Part shown: piece by piece, positions 29,024 through 40,572 of the stretch | How the letters are laid out: each line of letters opens with the position of its first letter | How positions within the stretch are numbered: position 1 is the stretch's first letter | DNA from: an uncultured Aliarcobacter sp. | Lineage (GTDB): Bacteria > Campylobacterota > Campylobacteria > Campylobacterales > Arcobacteraceae | DNA length: 64,000 nucleotides | NCBI GenBank assembly: GCA_963677435.1 | Contig: OY781945.1 | Span: 2,624,001 to 2,688,000 of the forward strand | Reading direction: 5' to 3' | Program-made: the position numbers and the translations under genes | Notes under the pieces: model-generated | The model's input: only the letters and a program-made list of their open reading frames with translations | Databases searched by the model: none | Told to the model about the DNA's origin: nothing

Positions 29024-30607
29024 ATGTTCAAAGCAAAAAGTTTATATCATCTTATAGTTTACAGTATATTATTTATTATTGTATTAATTTCATTTTTTAC
29101 ATTTATTATAATTAGCAACTCCCATGAAGAATTACAAGAAAAAATCAAAACACTAAAAACTGATTATACAAATAGCCAAAAAGAATTACTTAAAAATGAT
29201 GTTAATTCAGTAATAAATTTCATTCAATATTATAACAACAAATATAAAGATACTAAATCCAAAGAAACGATACAAAAAGAAGTTTTAGAAGCAATAGCTC
29301 AGCTTAGAACAGCAGATACTATTAATGAATATCTTTTTATATATGATTTTGAAGGAGTGAGTTTATATTATCCTATTTCAAAAGATAGAGAGGGCAAAAA
29401 ATATCTTGAATATACTAATCATGATGGTAAACAAGTTATTAAAGATTTAATTGATGTATCAAAAAAACCAGATGGAGGTTTTGTTGAATATCTGTGGTAC
29501 AAACTTGCGATATTTAAAGATGCAAAAAAGATTTCTTATGCAAATGTATATAAAGATTGGAATTGGACAATAGGGAAAGGTGTATATCTTGATGAAATAG
29601 ATAAACTTGTTAAAGAAAAAGATGAAGAGTATAATCAAAAGATATCAAACTATACATTACAAATAACATCACTTACTGTTATGCTTGTTTTATATTCTAT
29701 ATTTATTTATAAAAATGCAACAATATTAATTGTTAATGATGTATTAGAAATTGGTAAATATTTTAAAGAATCTCAAAAAAATAATGACCCAATAAATCAA
29801 AATAGAATTATATTTGGAGAATTTAAAGTAATTGCAAATTATGCCACAGATGCGATGAATAATATAAAATTAAAAACTACTATGCTTGAAGATTTAAACA
29901 AAAACCTTGAATACAATGTCAAAGAAAAAACTAAAGAATTAACGAACCTTATTGAATCTCAAAAAAAATTTATTAAAAACTCTGTTCATGAGATAAATAC
30001 TCCCTTATCGATAATTCAAACTAATATTGATTTATTAAAAATGAAAATTCCAAATAATAAATATATTACTAATATAGAATCAGGTTCAAAAATTATCCAA
30101 TACATTTATGATGATTTATCATACTTAGTAAAAAAAGATCGTGTTATATATGAAAAAGAGTATTTAGATTTTTCAAAAGTTTTAATTTCTAGAATAGAAT
30201 TTTTTGAAGAAATTGCAAAATCAAATTCATTGCATTTTATTAATACAATAGAAAATGATATTTACATAAAATTTAATATTATTGAACTTCAAAGGGTTAT
30301 TGATAATAATTTATCAAATGCAATAAAATACTCTTTTGCAAAGTCACCTATTCTTGTGGAGTTAGATTATATAAATGATGAAGAAATAGAATTTAGTGTT
30401 ACGACTAACTCAAAAACTATAGAACAAAAAAATAAGATATTTGATGACTTTTATAGGGAAAATAATGCTAGAGGTGGATTTGGACTTGGATTAAAAATAG
30501 TCAAAGATATATGTGATAAAAATTTTGTTATAATCAATCTTGATTCAAATGAGAAAGAGACAAAATTTACTTATAGGTTCAAAATAAATGAAGATACTAC
30601 TACTTGA
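29024..30607 (+). CDS. Sensor histidine kinase with single Cache (sCache_2-like) domain
   Basis: TM-Cache (YLFIYD...GGFVEYLW...KISY...WNWTIGKGVY)-TM; H-box HEINTPL; NLSNAIKY; GGFGLGL. Confidence 0.9.
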   Translation: MFKAKSLYHLIVYSILFIIVLISFFTFIIISNSHEELQEKIKTLKTDYTNSQKELLKNDVNSVINFIQYYNNKYKDTKSKETIQKEVLEAIAQLRTADTINEYLFIYDFEGVSLYYPISKDREGKKYLEYTNHDGKQVIKDLIDVSKKPDGGFVEYLWYKLAIFKDAKKISYANVYKDWNWTIGKGVYLDEIDKLVKEKDEEYNQKISNYTLQITSLTVMLVLYSIFIYKNATILIVNDVLEIGKYFKESQKNNDPINQNRIIFGEFKVIANYATDAMNNIKLKTTMLEDLNKNLEYNVKEKTKELTNLIESQKKFIKNSVHEINTPLSIIQTNIDLLKMKIPNNKYITNIESGSKIIQYIYDDLSYLVKKDRVIYEKEYLDFSKVLISRIEFFEEIAKSNSLHFINTIENDIYIKFNIIELQRVIDNNLSNAIKYSFAKSPILVELDYINDEEIEFSVTTNSKTIEQKNKIFDDFYRENNARGGFGLGLKIVKDICDKNFVIINLDSNEKETKFTYRFKINEDTTT

Positions 30608-31250
30608 AGATGAATTAATGCTTAATAATGCAATTAATGAGTATTTAAAAAATATAGGGCATATGGTTGAAAGTTTTAGCGATGGGCAAGAAGTTTTAGA
30701 TAATATTAATACAACTTACGATTTATTAATCTTAGATATTAATGTTCCTACAAAAGATGGCTTTGAAATTTTAAGTGAATTAAATAGCAAAAAAATTTAT
30801 ATTCCAACAATTTTTATTTCAGCACTAATTGATATTGAAGATATATCAAAAGCATATAGTTTAGGTTGTAGAGAATATATAAAAAAACCTTTTCATTTAG
30901 GTGAATTAGGCATCAAAATAAATCAGATTCTAAAAAAAGAGCAAAATAATACTTCACATATTAGATTCTCTGAAAATTACTCTTACGCAAAAGATAAACA
31001 AACTTTATATTTTAATGGCGAACCACAAAATCTTACAAAAAAACAATTAGAAATCATACATATACTTGCACTAAATATCAATATGATTGTAGATTTTGAA
31101 AGATTTAGAATTGATACTTGGGATGGAGAAGATATAGATAATCCAACTATTAGAGCAGAAATTTCTAGATTAAAAAAAGCTTTAAAAGAAGATTTCATAA
31201 AAAACATTAGAGGTCTTGGATATAAAATTGACAGATATTACTCTGTGTAA
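30588..31250 (+). CDS. OmpR/PhoB family response regulator
   Basis: LLED, LILDINVP, KKPF; winged-helix ISRLKK...RGLGY; overlaps the kinase. Confidence 0.92.
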   Translation: MKILLLEDELMLNNAINEYLKNIGHMVESFSDGQEVLDNINTTYDLLILDINVPTKDGFEILSELNSKKIYIPTIFISALIDIEDISKAYSLGCREYIKKPFHLGELGIKINQILKKEQNNTSHIRFSENYSYAKDKQTLYFNGEPQNLTKKQLEIIHILALNINMIVDFERFRIDTWDGEDIDNPTIRAEISRLKKALKEDFIKNIRGLGYKIDRYYSV

Positions 31251-31333
31251 AACCCTTTAACAAGGGATTTTACCTTCATTAATAAATAAAAAACAATCTC
31301 ACATATAACTTAATTCTAAAAAAAATAATTAAT

Positions 31334-31366
31334 TGCTACCTTTTTGCTATCTAGCCCTATTATAAT
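31334..31366 (+). promoter_or_regulatory. Direct-repeat operator plus -10 box (site 1)
   Basis: TGCTA(31334)-N6-TGCTA(31345)-N11-TATAAT(31361). Confidence 0.7.
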
Positions 31367-31426
31367 TTCAATATTAAATTGTTTACCAATTTATTCTATT
31401 TAATAAAATTTTAGAAGGAGAGCAAA

Positions 31427-31681
31427 ATGAGTCCAGAAAAAGCACAAGCATACTGGAAGGAAAATATCTCGATGATTATCAAACTTTTGATTGTTTGGTT
31501 TGTATTTTCTTTTGGTTGTGGAATTTTATTCATCAACGAACTTAACGCTATTGAAATCAGTGGAGTTAAATTAGGTTATTGGTTTGCACAACAAGGTGCG
31601 ATATATGTATTTGTTATCTTAATTTTTGTTTATGTAAAAGTAATGACAGGAATAGATGAGAAATATGGCGTTAATGAATAA
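31427..31681 (+). CDS. DUF4212 small subunit of SSS transporter
   Basis: AYWKEN and LGYWFAQQG motifs; precedes SSS gene. Confidence 0.88.
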   Translation: MSPEKAQAYWKENISMIIKLLIVWFVFSFGCGILFINELNAIEISGVKLGYWFAQQGAIYVFVILIFVYVKVMTGIDEKYGVNE

Positions 31682-31691
31682 GGAGTTGTAA

Positions 31692-33587
31692 ATGGAATTA
31701 CAAACATTAATTTATCTATTCGTAGGTATTTCTTTCGCTATTTATATAGGTATAGCACTTTGGGCAAAAGCTGGTTCAACTAAAGAGTTTTATGTAGCTG
31801 GTGGTGGAGTTCATCCTATAGCAAATGGTATGGCAACGGCTGCGGATTGGATGTCAGCTGCTTCATTTATCTCACTTGCAGGTATTATATCTTTCAAAGG
31901 TTCAGATGGTGGTGCATACTTAATGGGATGGACAGGTGGATATGTTCTACTTGCAATGTTATTAGCACCTTATTTAAGAAAATTTGGTAAATTTACTGTT
32001 CCTGACTTCGTTGGGGATAGATATTATTCAGATGTAGCAAGATTAGTTGCTGTTGTAGGAGTTATATTTGTTTCATTTACATATGTAGCAGGACAAATGA
32101 GAGGGGTTGGAATCGTATTTTCAAGATTCTTACAAGTTGATGTAAATACTGGTGTTATTATTGGTATGGCAATCGTATTCTTTTATTCAGTTCTTGGAGG
32201 GATGAAAGGTATTACTTATACTCAAGTTGCTCAATATGTTGTTATGATTTTTGCATATATGATTCCTGCAATTTTCTTATCATTACAAGTAACTGATACA
32301 TTTTTACCACAATTGGGTATTTTTGCACAAACTACATTTGCATTTAATAATGGAGTAGAAGTTATTCCTGAAGGAACTTACCTTTTACATGCACTTGATC
32401 AATCATTATTAGACTTAGGATTTTCAGCATATACTGAACCTGGAAATTTATGGAATATGTTTATGTTAACTACAGCTCTTATGTTAGGAACTGCTGGGTT
32501 ACCACATGTTATTGTTAGATTCTTTACAGTTCCAACTGTTAAAGATGCGAGAGTATCTGCTGGTTGGGCATTAGTTTTCATTGCTATTATGTATACAACT
32601 ATTTCATCTGTTGCATCATTTTCAAGAATTAATCTTATTAAAAATGTACAAAATGTAGATTATGCTGCATTTGTTAATGGTGAAGCAAAAAATGTTGATG
32701 GTACTATTAATCATGGTAAATGGTTCCAAACATGGGAAAATGGTGGTTTACTTGCATGGAATGATAGAAATGGTGATGGTAAAATTCAATATGCATCTGG
32801 TGCAGCATTTGATGGAAAAGGTGGAAAACCTGCATTTGATGGTGAGAAAAGAGCAGATGATGGTCATAAATTAACTACAAATGGAAAACCAGCAGCTAAT
32901 GAAGCTGAATTGACAAAAGGTCATGGTATTGCAAATGAGTTATATGTTGATGTTGATATTATGGTTCTTGCGAATCCTGAAATTGCAAATTTACCAAATT
33001 GGGTTATTGCATTTATCGCAGCTGGAGGTTTGGCAGCAGCATTATCAACAGCAGCTGGTTTATTATTAGTAATTGCGTCATCAATTTCACACGATTTAAT
33101 GGGTCAAATTATCTTTAAAGATAAAACAACTGGAAAATCAACACTAAATGAAAAAACAGAGTTAATGTGGGCTAGAGTTTCAGCTGTGGTTGCAATATTA
33201 GTCGCTGGTTATCTAGGGATTAACCCTCCAGGATTTGTTGCACAAGTTGTTGCTTTTGCATTTGGTTTAGCAGCAGCGGCATTCTTCCCTACAATTATTC
33301 TTGGAGTATTTGATAAAAGAATGAATAAAGAAGGTGCAATCAGTGGTATCATCGTTGGATTAACATTCACATTTGGATATATCGTGTACTTTGTATTCTT
33401 AGGTGGTGCAAAAGAAGATTATCTATTTGATATTGCACCAACAGGTATTGGAACAGTTGGAACACTATTACACTTAGTTGTGGCATTAGCTGTATCAAGA
33501 ATGACTCCTCCACCTCCAACTCATATTCAAGAGTTAGTAGAAAGAATCAGAATCCCATCTGGTGCTGGTGAAGCTACAGGTCATTAA
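31692..33587 (+). CDS. Sodium:solute symporter, VC_2705/ActP-related subfamily
   Basis: [31 protein letters not shown], periplasmic WNDRNGDGKIQ loop. Confidence 0.9.
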   Translation: MELQTLIYLFVGISFAIYIGIALWAKAGSTKEFYVAGGGVHPIANGMATAADWMSAASFISLAGIISFKGSDGGAYLMGWTGGYVLLAMLLAPYLRKFGKFTVPDFVGDRYYSDVARLVAVVGVIFVSFTYVAGQMRGVGIVFSRFLQVDVNTGVIIGMAIVFFYSVLGGMKGITYTQVAQYVVMIFAYMIPAIFLSLQVTDTFLPQLGIFAQTTFAFNNGVEVIPEGTYLLHALDQSLLDLGFSAYTEPGNLWNMFMLTTALMLGTAGLPHVIVRFFTVPTVKDARVSAGWALVFIAIMYTTISSVASFSRINLIKNVQNVDYAAFVNGEAKNVDGTINHGKWFQTWENGGLLAWNDRNGDGKIQYASGAAFDGKGGKPAFDGEKRADDGHKLTTNGKPAANEAELTKGHGIANELYVDVDIMVLANPEIANLPNWVIAFIAAGGLAAALSTAAGLLLVIASSISHDLMGQIIFKDKTTGKSTLNEKTELMWARVSAVVAILVAGYLGINPPGFVAQVVAFAFGLAAAAFFPTIILGVFDKRMNKEGAISGIIVGLTFTFGYIVYFVFLGGAKEDYLFDIAPTGIGTVGTLLHLVVALAVSRMTPPPPTHIQELVERIRIPSGAGEATGH

Positions 33588-33596
33588 TAAAAAATC

Positions 33597-33637
33597 ACTA
33601 AAAAGTATACCTTAGGGTGTACTTTTAGTATTTTTTT
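33597..33637 (+). terminator. Terminator-like hairpin after the SSS gene
   Basis: aaaagtatacc-ttag-ggtgtactttt followed by a T-run. Confidence 0.6.
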
Positions 33638-33685
33638 GTGCTAATTACTTTAGTATAAAAAAGTACTTTTACTATAGGAAATTAA

Positions 33686-35506
33686 ATGAGTATACAAGAT
33701 CAACAGGCCTTTCTTTCAAATATTCATCCCTTTCAAGTTTTAACATCCCAACAAATGGAAATATGTATAAAACATATGGATATAGCCTACTATCCAAAAG
33801 ATTCTGTATTAATTAATCCTGAAAAAATTCCAAACTACTTTTTTATAATTATTAAAGGTACGGTTTACGAATATTCAGTTGAGAATATAGTTGTTATGGA
33901 TTATCATCACCAAGACTCTTTTGATTCAAATTCATTAATATATGGAAAGTGTGCGAATACTTTCAAAGTACATGAAGATTTAATTTGTTACGAATTAGAA
34001 AAAAACACCTTTTTAAAATTAATTGAACAAAACCAACAATTTAAAGACTACTTTTTAAAAGATTTAGTAAATAGAATTCAAACATTAAAACATAAAGAAT
34101 ATACCTCTGAACTTTCATCTTTTATGATTGCAAAAGTTGAAGATACACTTATTCATGATGCTTGTATTATTGATGAAGATACAAAACTAATAGATGCAAT
34201 TCAACAATCAATGGAGTATAAAACTTCAAGTATTATTGTAAAAAAAAGAAATGGTGAATATGGAATAATCACTGATTCTCTACTAAAAATAAAAGTTTTA
34301 CTAGAAGGTAGAGATTTAACAATACCAGTAAAAGATATTGCAATATTCCCTCTTTTAACAGTTCATAATGATGATTATTTATTTGAGGCACTAACTATTT
34401 TAATTAAAAAAAATATAAAAAGAATTGGTGTTACAAATAGTAAAGGTGAAATGATTGGTATCTTAGAACAAATTGATGTTTTATCACATTTTGCGAATCA
34501 TACTTATGTGGTTGATTCAAAAATTAAAAAAGCGAAAAATATAGAAGATTTAAAATCTGCAAGTAAAGATTTATTAAATATTATAAAAAGCCTTCATGCA
34601 AAAGGTGTAAAAGTCAATCATATTTCAAACTTGATTGGACAATTAAACACAAAAGTTTATCAAAAACTTTATTCATTAGTTTTGCCACAAGAATTACGAA
34701 AAGATGCTTGTTTTATAGTTATGGGTAGTGAAGGAAGAAATGAGCAAATAATAAAAACTGATCAAGATAATGCTCTTCTTGTAAAAGATAATGTTGATGT
34801 TGAACAATATAGACCTTACATGATTGATATTACTACTCATTTAATTGATTTTGGTTATCCACCTTGTGAAGGTAATATTATGGTTTCTAACCCATTTTGG
34901 TGTAAAACGGTAAGTGAATATAAAAGAGAAACAGCCAGATGGATAGAAGCTCCTGACATGCAAAATTATATGGATTTAGCAATCTTTTTTGACTCTTTTG
35001 CAGTTGCAGGAGATAAAGAGTTATTAATTAACCTAAAAGATGATTTATTTAATAAATTACATGATAAAGATGTTTTTATGGCCTATTTTGCAAAAGCTAC
35101 ACTTACTTTTGATACACCAAATACAGTTACAAATATAATGACAAAATCCCATAATATTGACATAAAAAAAGCTGCTGTATTCCCAATTGTGCAAGGAATT
35201 AGAAGTTTAGCATTAAGAGAGAGAATTAGAGAAACTACTACTGTAAAAAGAATAAAAATTCTTGAAGATAGAAAGATTTTAGAAAAAAATAAAGCAGCAG
35301 AATTATTAGAGGCTTTTGATGTAGTAAATACTTTAAGATTAAAATCTCAACTTGAGGATATTCAAGATGGAAAAAAAATTAATAATGAAATAGATACTCA
35401 TACTTTAGGAAAAATTGAAAGAGACTTATTAAAAGACTCCTTTAAAATTATTAATGAATTTAAAAAATTCATTACTTTTACATTTAGAATTGATAAGATT
35501 TCATAA
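33686..35506 (+). CDS. cNMP-binding/CBS/DUF294 putative nucleotidyltransferase (copy 1)
   Basis: MGSEGRNEQIIKTDQDN NTase motif, CEGNIMVSNPFW, IFFD, DIKK; N-terminal cNMP and CBS-like regions. Confidence 0.88.
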   Translation: MSIQDQQAFLSNIHPFQVLTSQQMEICIKHMDIAYYPKDSVLINPEKIPNYFFIIIKGTVYEYSVENIVVMDYHHQDSFDSNSLIYGKCANTFKVHEDLICYELEKNTFLKLIEQNQQFKDYFLKDLVNRIQTLKHKEYTSELSSFMIAKVEDTLIHDACIIDEDTKLIDAIQQSMEYKTSSIIVKKRNGEYGIITDSLLKIKVLLEGRDLTIPVKDIAIFPLLTVHNDDYLFEALTILIKKNIKRIGVTNSKGEMIGILEQIDVLSHFANHTYVVDSKIKKAKNIEDLKSASKDLLNIIKSLHAKGVKVNHISNLIGQLNTKVYQKLYSLVLPQELRKDACFIVMGSEGRNEQIIKTDQDNALLVKDNVDVEQYRPYMIDITTHLIDFGYPPCEGNIMVSNPFWCKTVSEYKRETARWIEAPDMQNYMDLAIFFDSFAVAGDKELLINLKDDLFNKLHDKDVFMAYFAKATLTFDTPNTVTNIMTKSHNIDIKKAAVFPIVQGIRSLALRERIRETTTVKRIKILEDRKILEKNKAAELLEAFDVVNTLRLKSQLEDIQDGKKINNEIDTHTLGKIERDLLKDSFKIINEFKKFITFTFRIDKIS

Positions 35507-36138
35507 TGTTTGATACATTTTTTAAAAATCTAAATAGAAAAAAATTAAAAGATCTGAAATTTGATTTTTTATTTGATGAGCCAATTGCTAATGAATATGT
35601 CTGTTTAGATTGTGAAACAAGTGGATTAAATCCAAAAAAAGATGAAATTCTTTCGATTGGTGCTGTTCATATAAAAGAAAACAAAATTTTAATGAGAAAA
35701 ACATTTAATATTTTTCTAAAACCCTCTAAAAATATTAATGCTGAATCAATTAAAATACATCATATTAGACCCATAGATTTAGAAAATGGTATAGACCCCA
35801 AAGAGGCAATATTTCAACTATTAGAATTTATTGGTTCAAGACCAATTGTTGGTTATTATATAAAATTTGATGTATCAATTATTTCAAAATATACAAAAGA
35901 GTTTATTGGAATAAAACTTCCAAATGAAACAATTGAAGTCTCTTCTATGTATTATAAAACAAGAAAAAAATCAAGTGATTATCAATTTATTGATTTAAAA
36001 TTTGATACTATCTTAAAAAATCTAAATATTCCAGCATTGGGAAAACATGATGCATTAAATGATGCAATTATGACATCCATGATGTTTTTAAAATTAAAAG
36101 ATTTAACTCCTGCAAAAACTACTTTTTATACAAATTAA
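35506..36138 (+). CDS. DEDDh (DnaQ-like) 3'-5' exonuclease (copy 1)
   Basis: LDCETSGL, GYYIKFD, HDALNDA; TAATG coupling to the upstream gene. Confidence 0.88.
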   Translation: MFDTFFKNLNRKKLKDLKFDFLFDEPIANEYVCLDCETSGLNPKKDEILSIGAVHIKENKILMRKTFNIFLKPSKNINAESIKIHHIRPIDLENGIDPKEAIFQLLEFIGSRPIVGYYIKFDVSIISKYTKEFIGIKLPNETIEVSSMYYKTRKKSSDYQFIDLKFDTILKNLNIPALGKHDALNDAIMTSMMFLKLKDLTPAKTTFYTN

Positions 36139-36251
36139 TTAGACTAAATTACTCAAGTATTAAATTATTTCTTAAAATATTCTTCATAAAAAATCCTAAT
36201 TTTGCCCATCAATTGGGCTTTTATATTTATACAGATAGAATGTTTTTACAA

Positions 36252-36284
36252 TGCTATGCTATTGCAACTTTAATAGTTTAACAT
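36252..36284 (+). promoter_or_regulatory. Direct-repeat operator plus -10 box (site 2)
   Basis: TGCTA(36252)-N6-TGCAA(36263)-N11-TAACAT(36279). Confidence 0.6.
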
Positions 36285-36325
36285 TCCAATGTATTTTTAT
36301 TACAAAATTAATTTGAGGAGAAAAA

Positions 36326-36640
36326 ATGAATACTGAATTAGTAGAAAAGATTAAATCTAATCCAAAGTATCATGAGTTAGTTTCAAAAAGAAGTTCGTTT
36401 TCTTTAAAACTTTCATTATTTGTCTTAGCTATGTTTTATAGCTATATCTTAGTTATTGCTTTTGATAAAGAGCTTTTAGCTACAAGAATCGGTGAAGGTG
36501 TTATGACTTATGCATTTCCAGTTGGAGCTGCAATTATCATTATTAGTTTTTTAACAACATTAATTTATGTTAGAAGAGCAAATAGTGAATTTGAAGATTT
36601 AACAAATGACATAAAAAAACAAGCACTAGGAGACAAATAA
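36326..36640 (+). CDS. DUF485/YjcH family membrane protein (copy 1)
   Basis: [11 protein letters not shown] and [11 protein letters not shown] motifs; coupled to actP. Confidence 0.88.
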   Translation: MNTELVEKIKSNPKYHELVSKRSSFSLKLSLFVLAMFYSYILVIAFDKELLATRIGEGVMTYAFPVGAAIIIISFLTTLIYVRRANSEFEDLTNDIKKQALGDK

Positions 36641-38289
36641 TGTTTAAGATATTTGCAATTTTATCTGTATTAGCAATCGCACTTTTTGCTGGTGGTGATG
36701 CTACATTTGAGGGGAAAAGAGATTTAAATATTTCTGCTATTGTTATGTTCTTTATCTTTATTGCTGGAACATTAGGTATTACAAAATGGGCTGCAAGCAA
36801 AACAAAATCTGCTTCAGACTTCTATACAGCAGGTGGAGGAATCACAGGATTCCAAAATGGTATGGCTATTGCTGGTGATTATATGTCAGCTGCTTCTTTT
36901 CTTGGTATTTCTGGAATGATTTACTTAAGTGGATATGATGGTCTTATTTATGCTGTTGGGTTCTTAGTTGGTTGGCCTGTAATTTTATTCTTAATGGCTG
37001 AAAAATTAAGAAACTTAGGTAAATTTACATTTACTGATATTGCTGCATATAGATTAGATCAAACTAAAATCAGAATATTAGCTGCATTTGGTTCTTTATC
37101 TGTTGTAACATTATATTTAATTGCTCAAATGGTTGGAGCTGGTAAATTAATTCAAATTTTATTTGGTATGGATTATGAATTTGCTGTTGTTCTAGTTGGT
37201 GTAATGATGATTATTTATGTTACTTTTGGTGGTATGCTTGCAACTACTTGGGTACAAATTATCAAAGCTGTATTATTACTTTCTGGTGTTACTTTCATGG
37301 GATTCATGGTAATGGCTCATTTTGGTTTCTCATTTGAAGCATTAGCAACTCAAGCTGTTGCAGTACATAGCAAAGGTCAGGCTATTATGGCTCCTGGTGG
37401 GTTTATTTCAGATCCTGTTTCAGCTATTTCTTTAGGTATGGCTTTAATGTTAGGAACTGCTGGTTTACCTCATATCTTAATGAGATTCTTTACTGTTGGA
37501 AATGCAAAAGAAGCTAGAAAATCTGTTGTTTATGCAACTGGATTTATTGGTTATTTCTACTTAATTATTGCTGTTATTGGTTTAGGTGCTATCGTTTACT
37601 TAAATTCACCAGAAGGTGCTGCTTATTTTGTAGATGGTAAATTAATTGGTGGTGGTAATATGGCTGCTATTCACTTATCACATGTTGTTGGTGGAGATAT
37701 TTTCTTAGGATTTATTTCAGCTGTTGCATTTGCTACTATTTTAGCGGTTGTTTCTGGATTAACACTTGCTGGTGCATCTTCAATATCTCATGATATTTAT
37801 GCAATTGTATTAAGAAAAGGTAAAGCTAGTGAAGCTGATGAAATTAAAGTTTCAAAAAGATCAGTTATTATTATTGGTATTGTTGGAGTTATTTTAGGTA
37901 TTGCTTTTGAAAAACAAAATATCGCATTCATGGTTGGTCTTGCATTTGCTATTGCTGCTTCTGCTAACTTCCCAATTTTATTCCTTTCAATTTACTGGAA
38001 AAAATTAACAACTAGAGGTGCATTTATTGGTGGATTCATGGGTCTTATTACTGCTATCGTACTAGTTATCTTAAGTCCAACTGTATGGGTTGAAATATTA
38101 GGAAATGCTAAAGCAATTTTCCCTTATAAAGCTCCTGCATTATTCTCTGTAACTGTTGCATTTATTGGAATTTGGTTCTTCTCAATTACTGATAAATCAG
38201 AACAAGCTAAAAGAGAAATTGAAGCTTTCGAGCCTCAAAATGTTAGAGCTGAAACTGGTATCGGTGCTGATGGTGCAGTTGCACATTAA
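36640..38289 (+). CDS. actP: Cation/acetate symporter (copy 1)
   Basis: [53 protein letters not shown]. Confidence 0.92.
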   Translation: MFKIFAILSVLAIALFAGGDATFEGKRDLNISAIVMFFIFIAGTLGITKWAASKTKSASDFYTAGGGITGFQNGMAIAGDYMSAASFLGISGMIYLSGYDGLIYAVGFLVGWPVILFLMAEKLRNLGKFTFTDIAAYRLDQTKIRILAAFGSLSVVTLYLIAQMVGAGKLIQILFGMDYEFAVVLVGVMMIIYVTFGGMLATTWVQIIKAVLLLSGVTFMGFMVMAHFGFSFEALATQAVAVHSKGQAIMAPGGFISDPVSAISLGMALMLGTAGLPHILMRFFTVGNAKEARKSVVYATGFIGYFYLIIAVIGLGAIVYLNSPEGAAYFVDGKLIGGGNMAAIHLSHVVGGDIFLGFISAVAFATILAVVSGLTLAGASSISHDIYAIVLRKGKASEADEIKVSKRSVIIIGIVGVILGIAFEKQNIAFMVGLAFAIAASANFPILFLSIYWKKLTTRGAFIGGFMGLITAIVLVILSPTVWVEILGNAKAIFPYKAPALFSVTVAFIGIWFFSITDKSEQAKREIEAFEPQNVRAETGIGADGAVAH

Positions 38290-38292
38290 TTT

Positions 38293-38321
38293 TTTACTAA
38301 AGAGATTTTCTCTTTAGTAAA
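38293..38321 (+). terminator. Hairpin after actP copy 1
   Basis: tttactaaagaga-ttt-tctctttagtaaa. Confidence 0.6.
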
Positions 38322-38555
38322 TATTATTAATCTTTTCTTAATTATTATAACTAAAATTAATAATTAATAATACAATTTTTTGTTACTTATCTACTAAAAC
38401 TCTACATAATTTTTACATAACTTTTAAAAAAATTCTTTTAACTATACTTTTGTATGTATAATCAATTACTTTTTTCATAGACTATTTTAATACTACAAAT
38501 TAAATTAGTTTAAATAAAAAGACTAATATTTATTATTTCAGGAAAAGGAAGCAGA

Positions 38556-38870
38556 ATGAATGACAAGTTAGTTGAAAGAATTGAATCTAATCCAAAATAC
38601 AAGGAGTTAGTTTCAAAAAGGAATAGTTTAGGTATAAAATTAGGAGCTTTTGTATTAGTTATGTTTTATGCTTATATTTTAGTTATTGCATTTGATAAAG
38701 AACTATTAGCCACAAAAATTGGTGTTGGAGTTACTACAATAGCATTTCCTATTGCATTAGCTATTTTAATACTTAGTTTTATTACAACTCTCATTTATGT
38801 AAAAAAAGCAAATGGTGAGTTTGAAAATTTGATTAAAGATATTAAAAAAGATGTAAAGGATTTATTATAA
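38556..38870 (+). CDS. DUF485/YjcH family membrane protein (copy 2)
   Basis: Paralog of 36326-36640, same length. Confidence 0.88.
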   Translation: MNDKLVERIESNPKYKELVSKRNSLGIKLGAFVLVMFYAYILVIAFDKELLATKIGVGVTTIAFPIALAILILSFITTLIYVKKANGEFENLIKDIKKDVKDLL

Positions 38871-40519
38871 TGTTAAAAATATTAGCACTTATTACTATTA
38901 TTGCATTAACAGCTTTTGCTGCTGGTGATGCAACTTTTGAAGCTACGAAAAGAGACCTAAATATCCCAGCGATAATTATGTTTTTTGTTTTTATACTTGC
39001 AACTTTAGGTATTACTTTTTGGGCTGCAAAAAAAACAAAATCTGCAAGTGATTTTTATACAGCAGGTGGAGGAATAACTGGTTTTCAAAATGGATTAGCA
39101 ATTGCTGGAGATTATATGTCAGCTGCTGCATTTTTAGGAGTTTCAGGTCTTATTTATATGAAAGGATATGATGGAGTAATTTATGCTGTTTCATTTTTAG
39201 TTGGATGGCCTGTTATTTTATTTTTCATGGCAGAAAAATTAAGAAACTTAGGAAAATTTACCTTTGCAGATATCGCTGCTTATAGATTAGGACAAAAAGA
39301 GATTAGAACTTTAGCTGCATTTGGTTCTATTAGTGTTGTTGTTTTATATCTTATTGCTCAAATGGTTGGAGCAGGAAAATTAATTCAAGTTTTATTTGGA
39401 ATGGATTATGCTTATGCTGTTGTAATGGTTGGAGCATTGATGATTATTTATGTTACTTTTGGTGGAATGTTAGCAACTACTTGGGTACAAATAATAAAAG
39501 CATGTTTACTATTATCTGGTGTTTCATTTATGGCTGTTATGGTTTTATACCATTTTGATTTCTCTTTTGAATCATTAGCCGCAAAAGCTGTTGAAAATCA
39601 TAAATCAGGGGAAGCAATATTAAGTCCAGGTGGATTTATTACAGATCCAATCTCTGCTATTTCACTAGGAATGGCATTAATGCTTGGAACTGCTGGATTA
39701 CCCCATGTTTTAATGAGATTCTTTACAGTTGGAAATGCAAAAGAAGCTAGAAAGTCTGTAGTTTATGCTACTGGTTTTGTTGCATATTTTTGGATAATTA
39801 TCACTATTGTTGGATTTGGTGCTATTGCTTTTTTAAATTCAGCTGATGGAGCTGAGTATTTTGTAGATGGAAAGCTATTTGGTGGAAGTAATATGGCATC
39901 AGTTCACTTATCACATATGTTAGGTGGAAATGCTTTCTTAGGATTTATTTCAGCAGTTGCATTTGCAACAATCTTAGCTGTAGTTTCAGGATTAACACTA
40001 GCAGGTGCAAGTGCAATTTCACATGATATTTATGCAAATGTAATTAATCCAAATGCTACTGATGAAAAAGTAGTTAATATTTCTAAAATTACTGTTATTA
40101 TTATAGGAATAGTTGGTGTAATTTTAGGTATAGCATTTGAATCACAAAATATTGCTTATATGGTTGGTTTAGCATTTGGTATAGCAGCATCAGCAAATTT
40201 TCCAATTTTGTTTTTATCAATTTACTGGAGTGGATTAACTACAAAAGGTGCATTTATTGGTGGATTTATGGGACTAACTGCAGCAGTTGCACTTGTTATA
40301 TTAGGACCAAATGTTTGGGTACAAATTTTAGGAAATGAAAAAGCTATTTTCCCTTATGCGCACCCTGCACTATTTTCTGTAACTGTAGCATTTATTTCTA
40401 TTTGGTTCTTTTCAAAAATTGATAATTCTCCTCGAGCACAAGTAGAAAAAGAGTTATTTAGAGCACAAAATGTTAGAGCAAATACTGGTATTGGTGCAGC
40501 AGGAGCTGTTTCACATTAA
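38870..40519 (+). CDS. actP: Cation/acetate symporter (copy 2)
   Basis: Paralog of 36640-38289; both 549 aa with the same motifs. Confidence 0.9.
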   Translation: MLKILALITIIALTAFAAGDATFEATKRDLNIPAIIMFFVFILATLGITFWAAKKTKSASDFYTAGGGITGFQNGLAIAGDYMSAAAFLGVSGLIYMKGYDGVIYAVSFLVGWPVILFFMAEKLRNLGKFTFADIAAYRLGQKEIRTLAAFGSISVVVLYLIAQMVGAGKLIQVLFGMDYAYAVVMVGALMIIYVTFGGMLATTWVQIIKACLLLSGVSFMAVMVLYHFDFSFESLAAKAVENHKSGEAILSPGGFITDPISAISLGMALMLGTAGLPHVLMRFFTVGNAKEARKSVVYATGFVAYFWIIITIVGFGAIAFLNSADGAEYFVDGKLFGGSNMASVHLSHMLGGNAFLGFISAVAFATILAVVSGLTLAGASAISHDIYANVINPNATDEKVVNISKITVIIIGIVGVILGIAFESQNIAYMVGLAFGIAASANFPILFLSIYWSGLTTKGAFIGGFMGLTAAVALVILGPNVWVQILGNEKAIFPYAHPALFSVTVAFISIWFFSKIDNSPRAQVEKELFRAQNVRANTGIGAAGAVSH

Positions 40520-40525
40520 ATTAAA

Positions 40526-40552
40526 AATATCAAAGGTTTTTCCTTTGATATT
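40526..40552 (+). terminator. Hairpin after actP copy 2
   Basis: aatatcaaagg-ttttt-cctttgatatt. Confidence 0.5.
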
Positions 40553-40572
40553 AAAACTAGAAAAGAGGTCTT

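Noticed and set aside
32800..32850. Short gcatttgatgg (AFDG) repeat in the SSS loop
   Set aside because: Only two short copies within a variable loop; no evidence of a distinct element.
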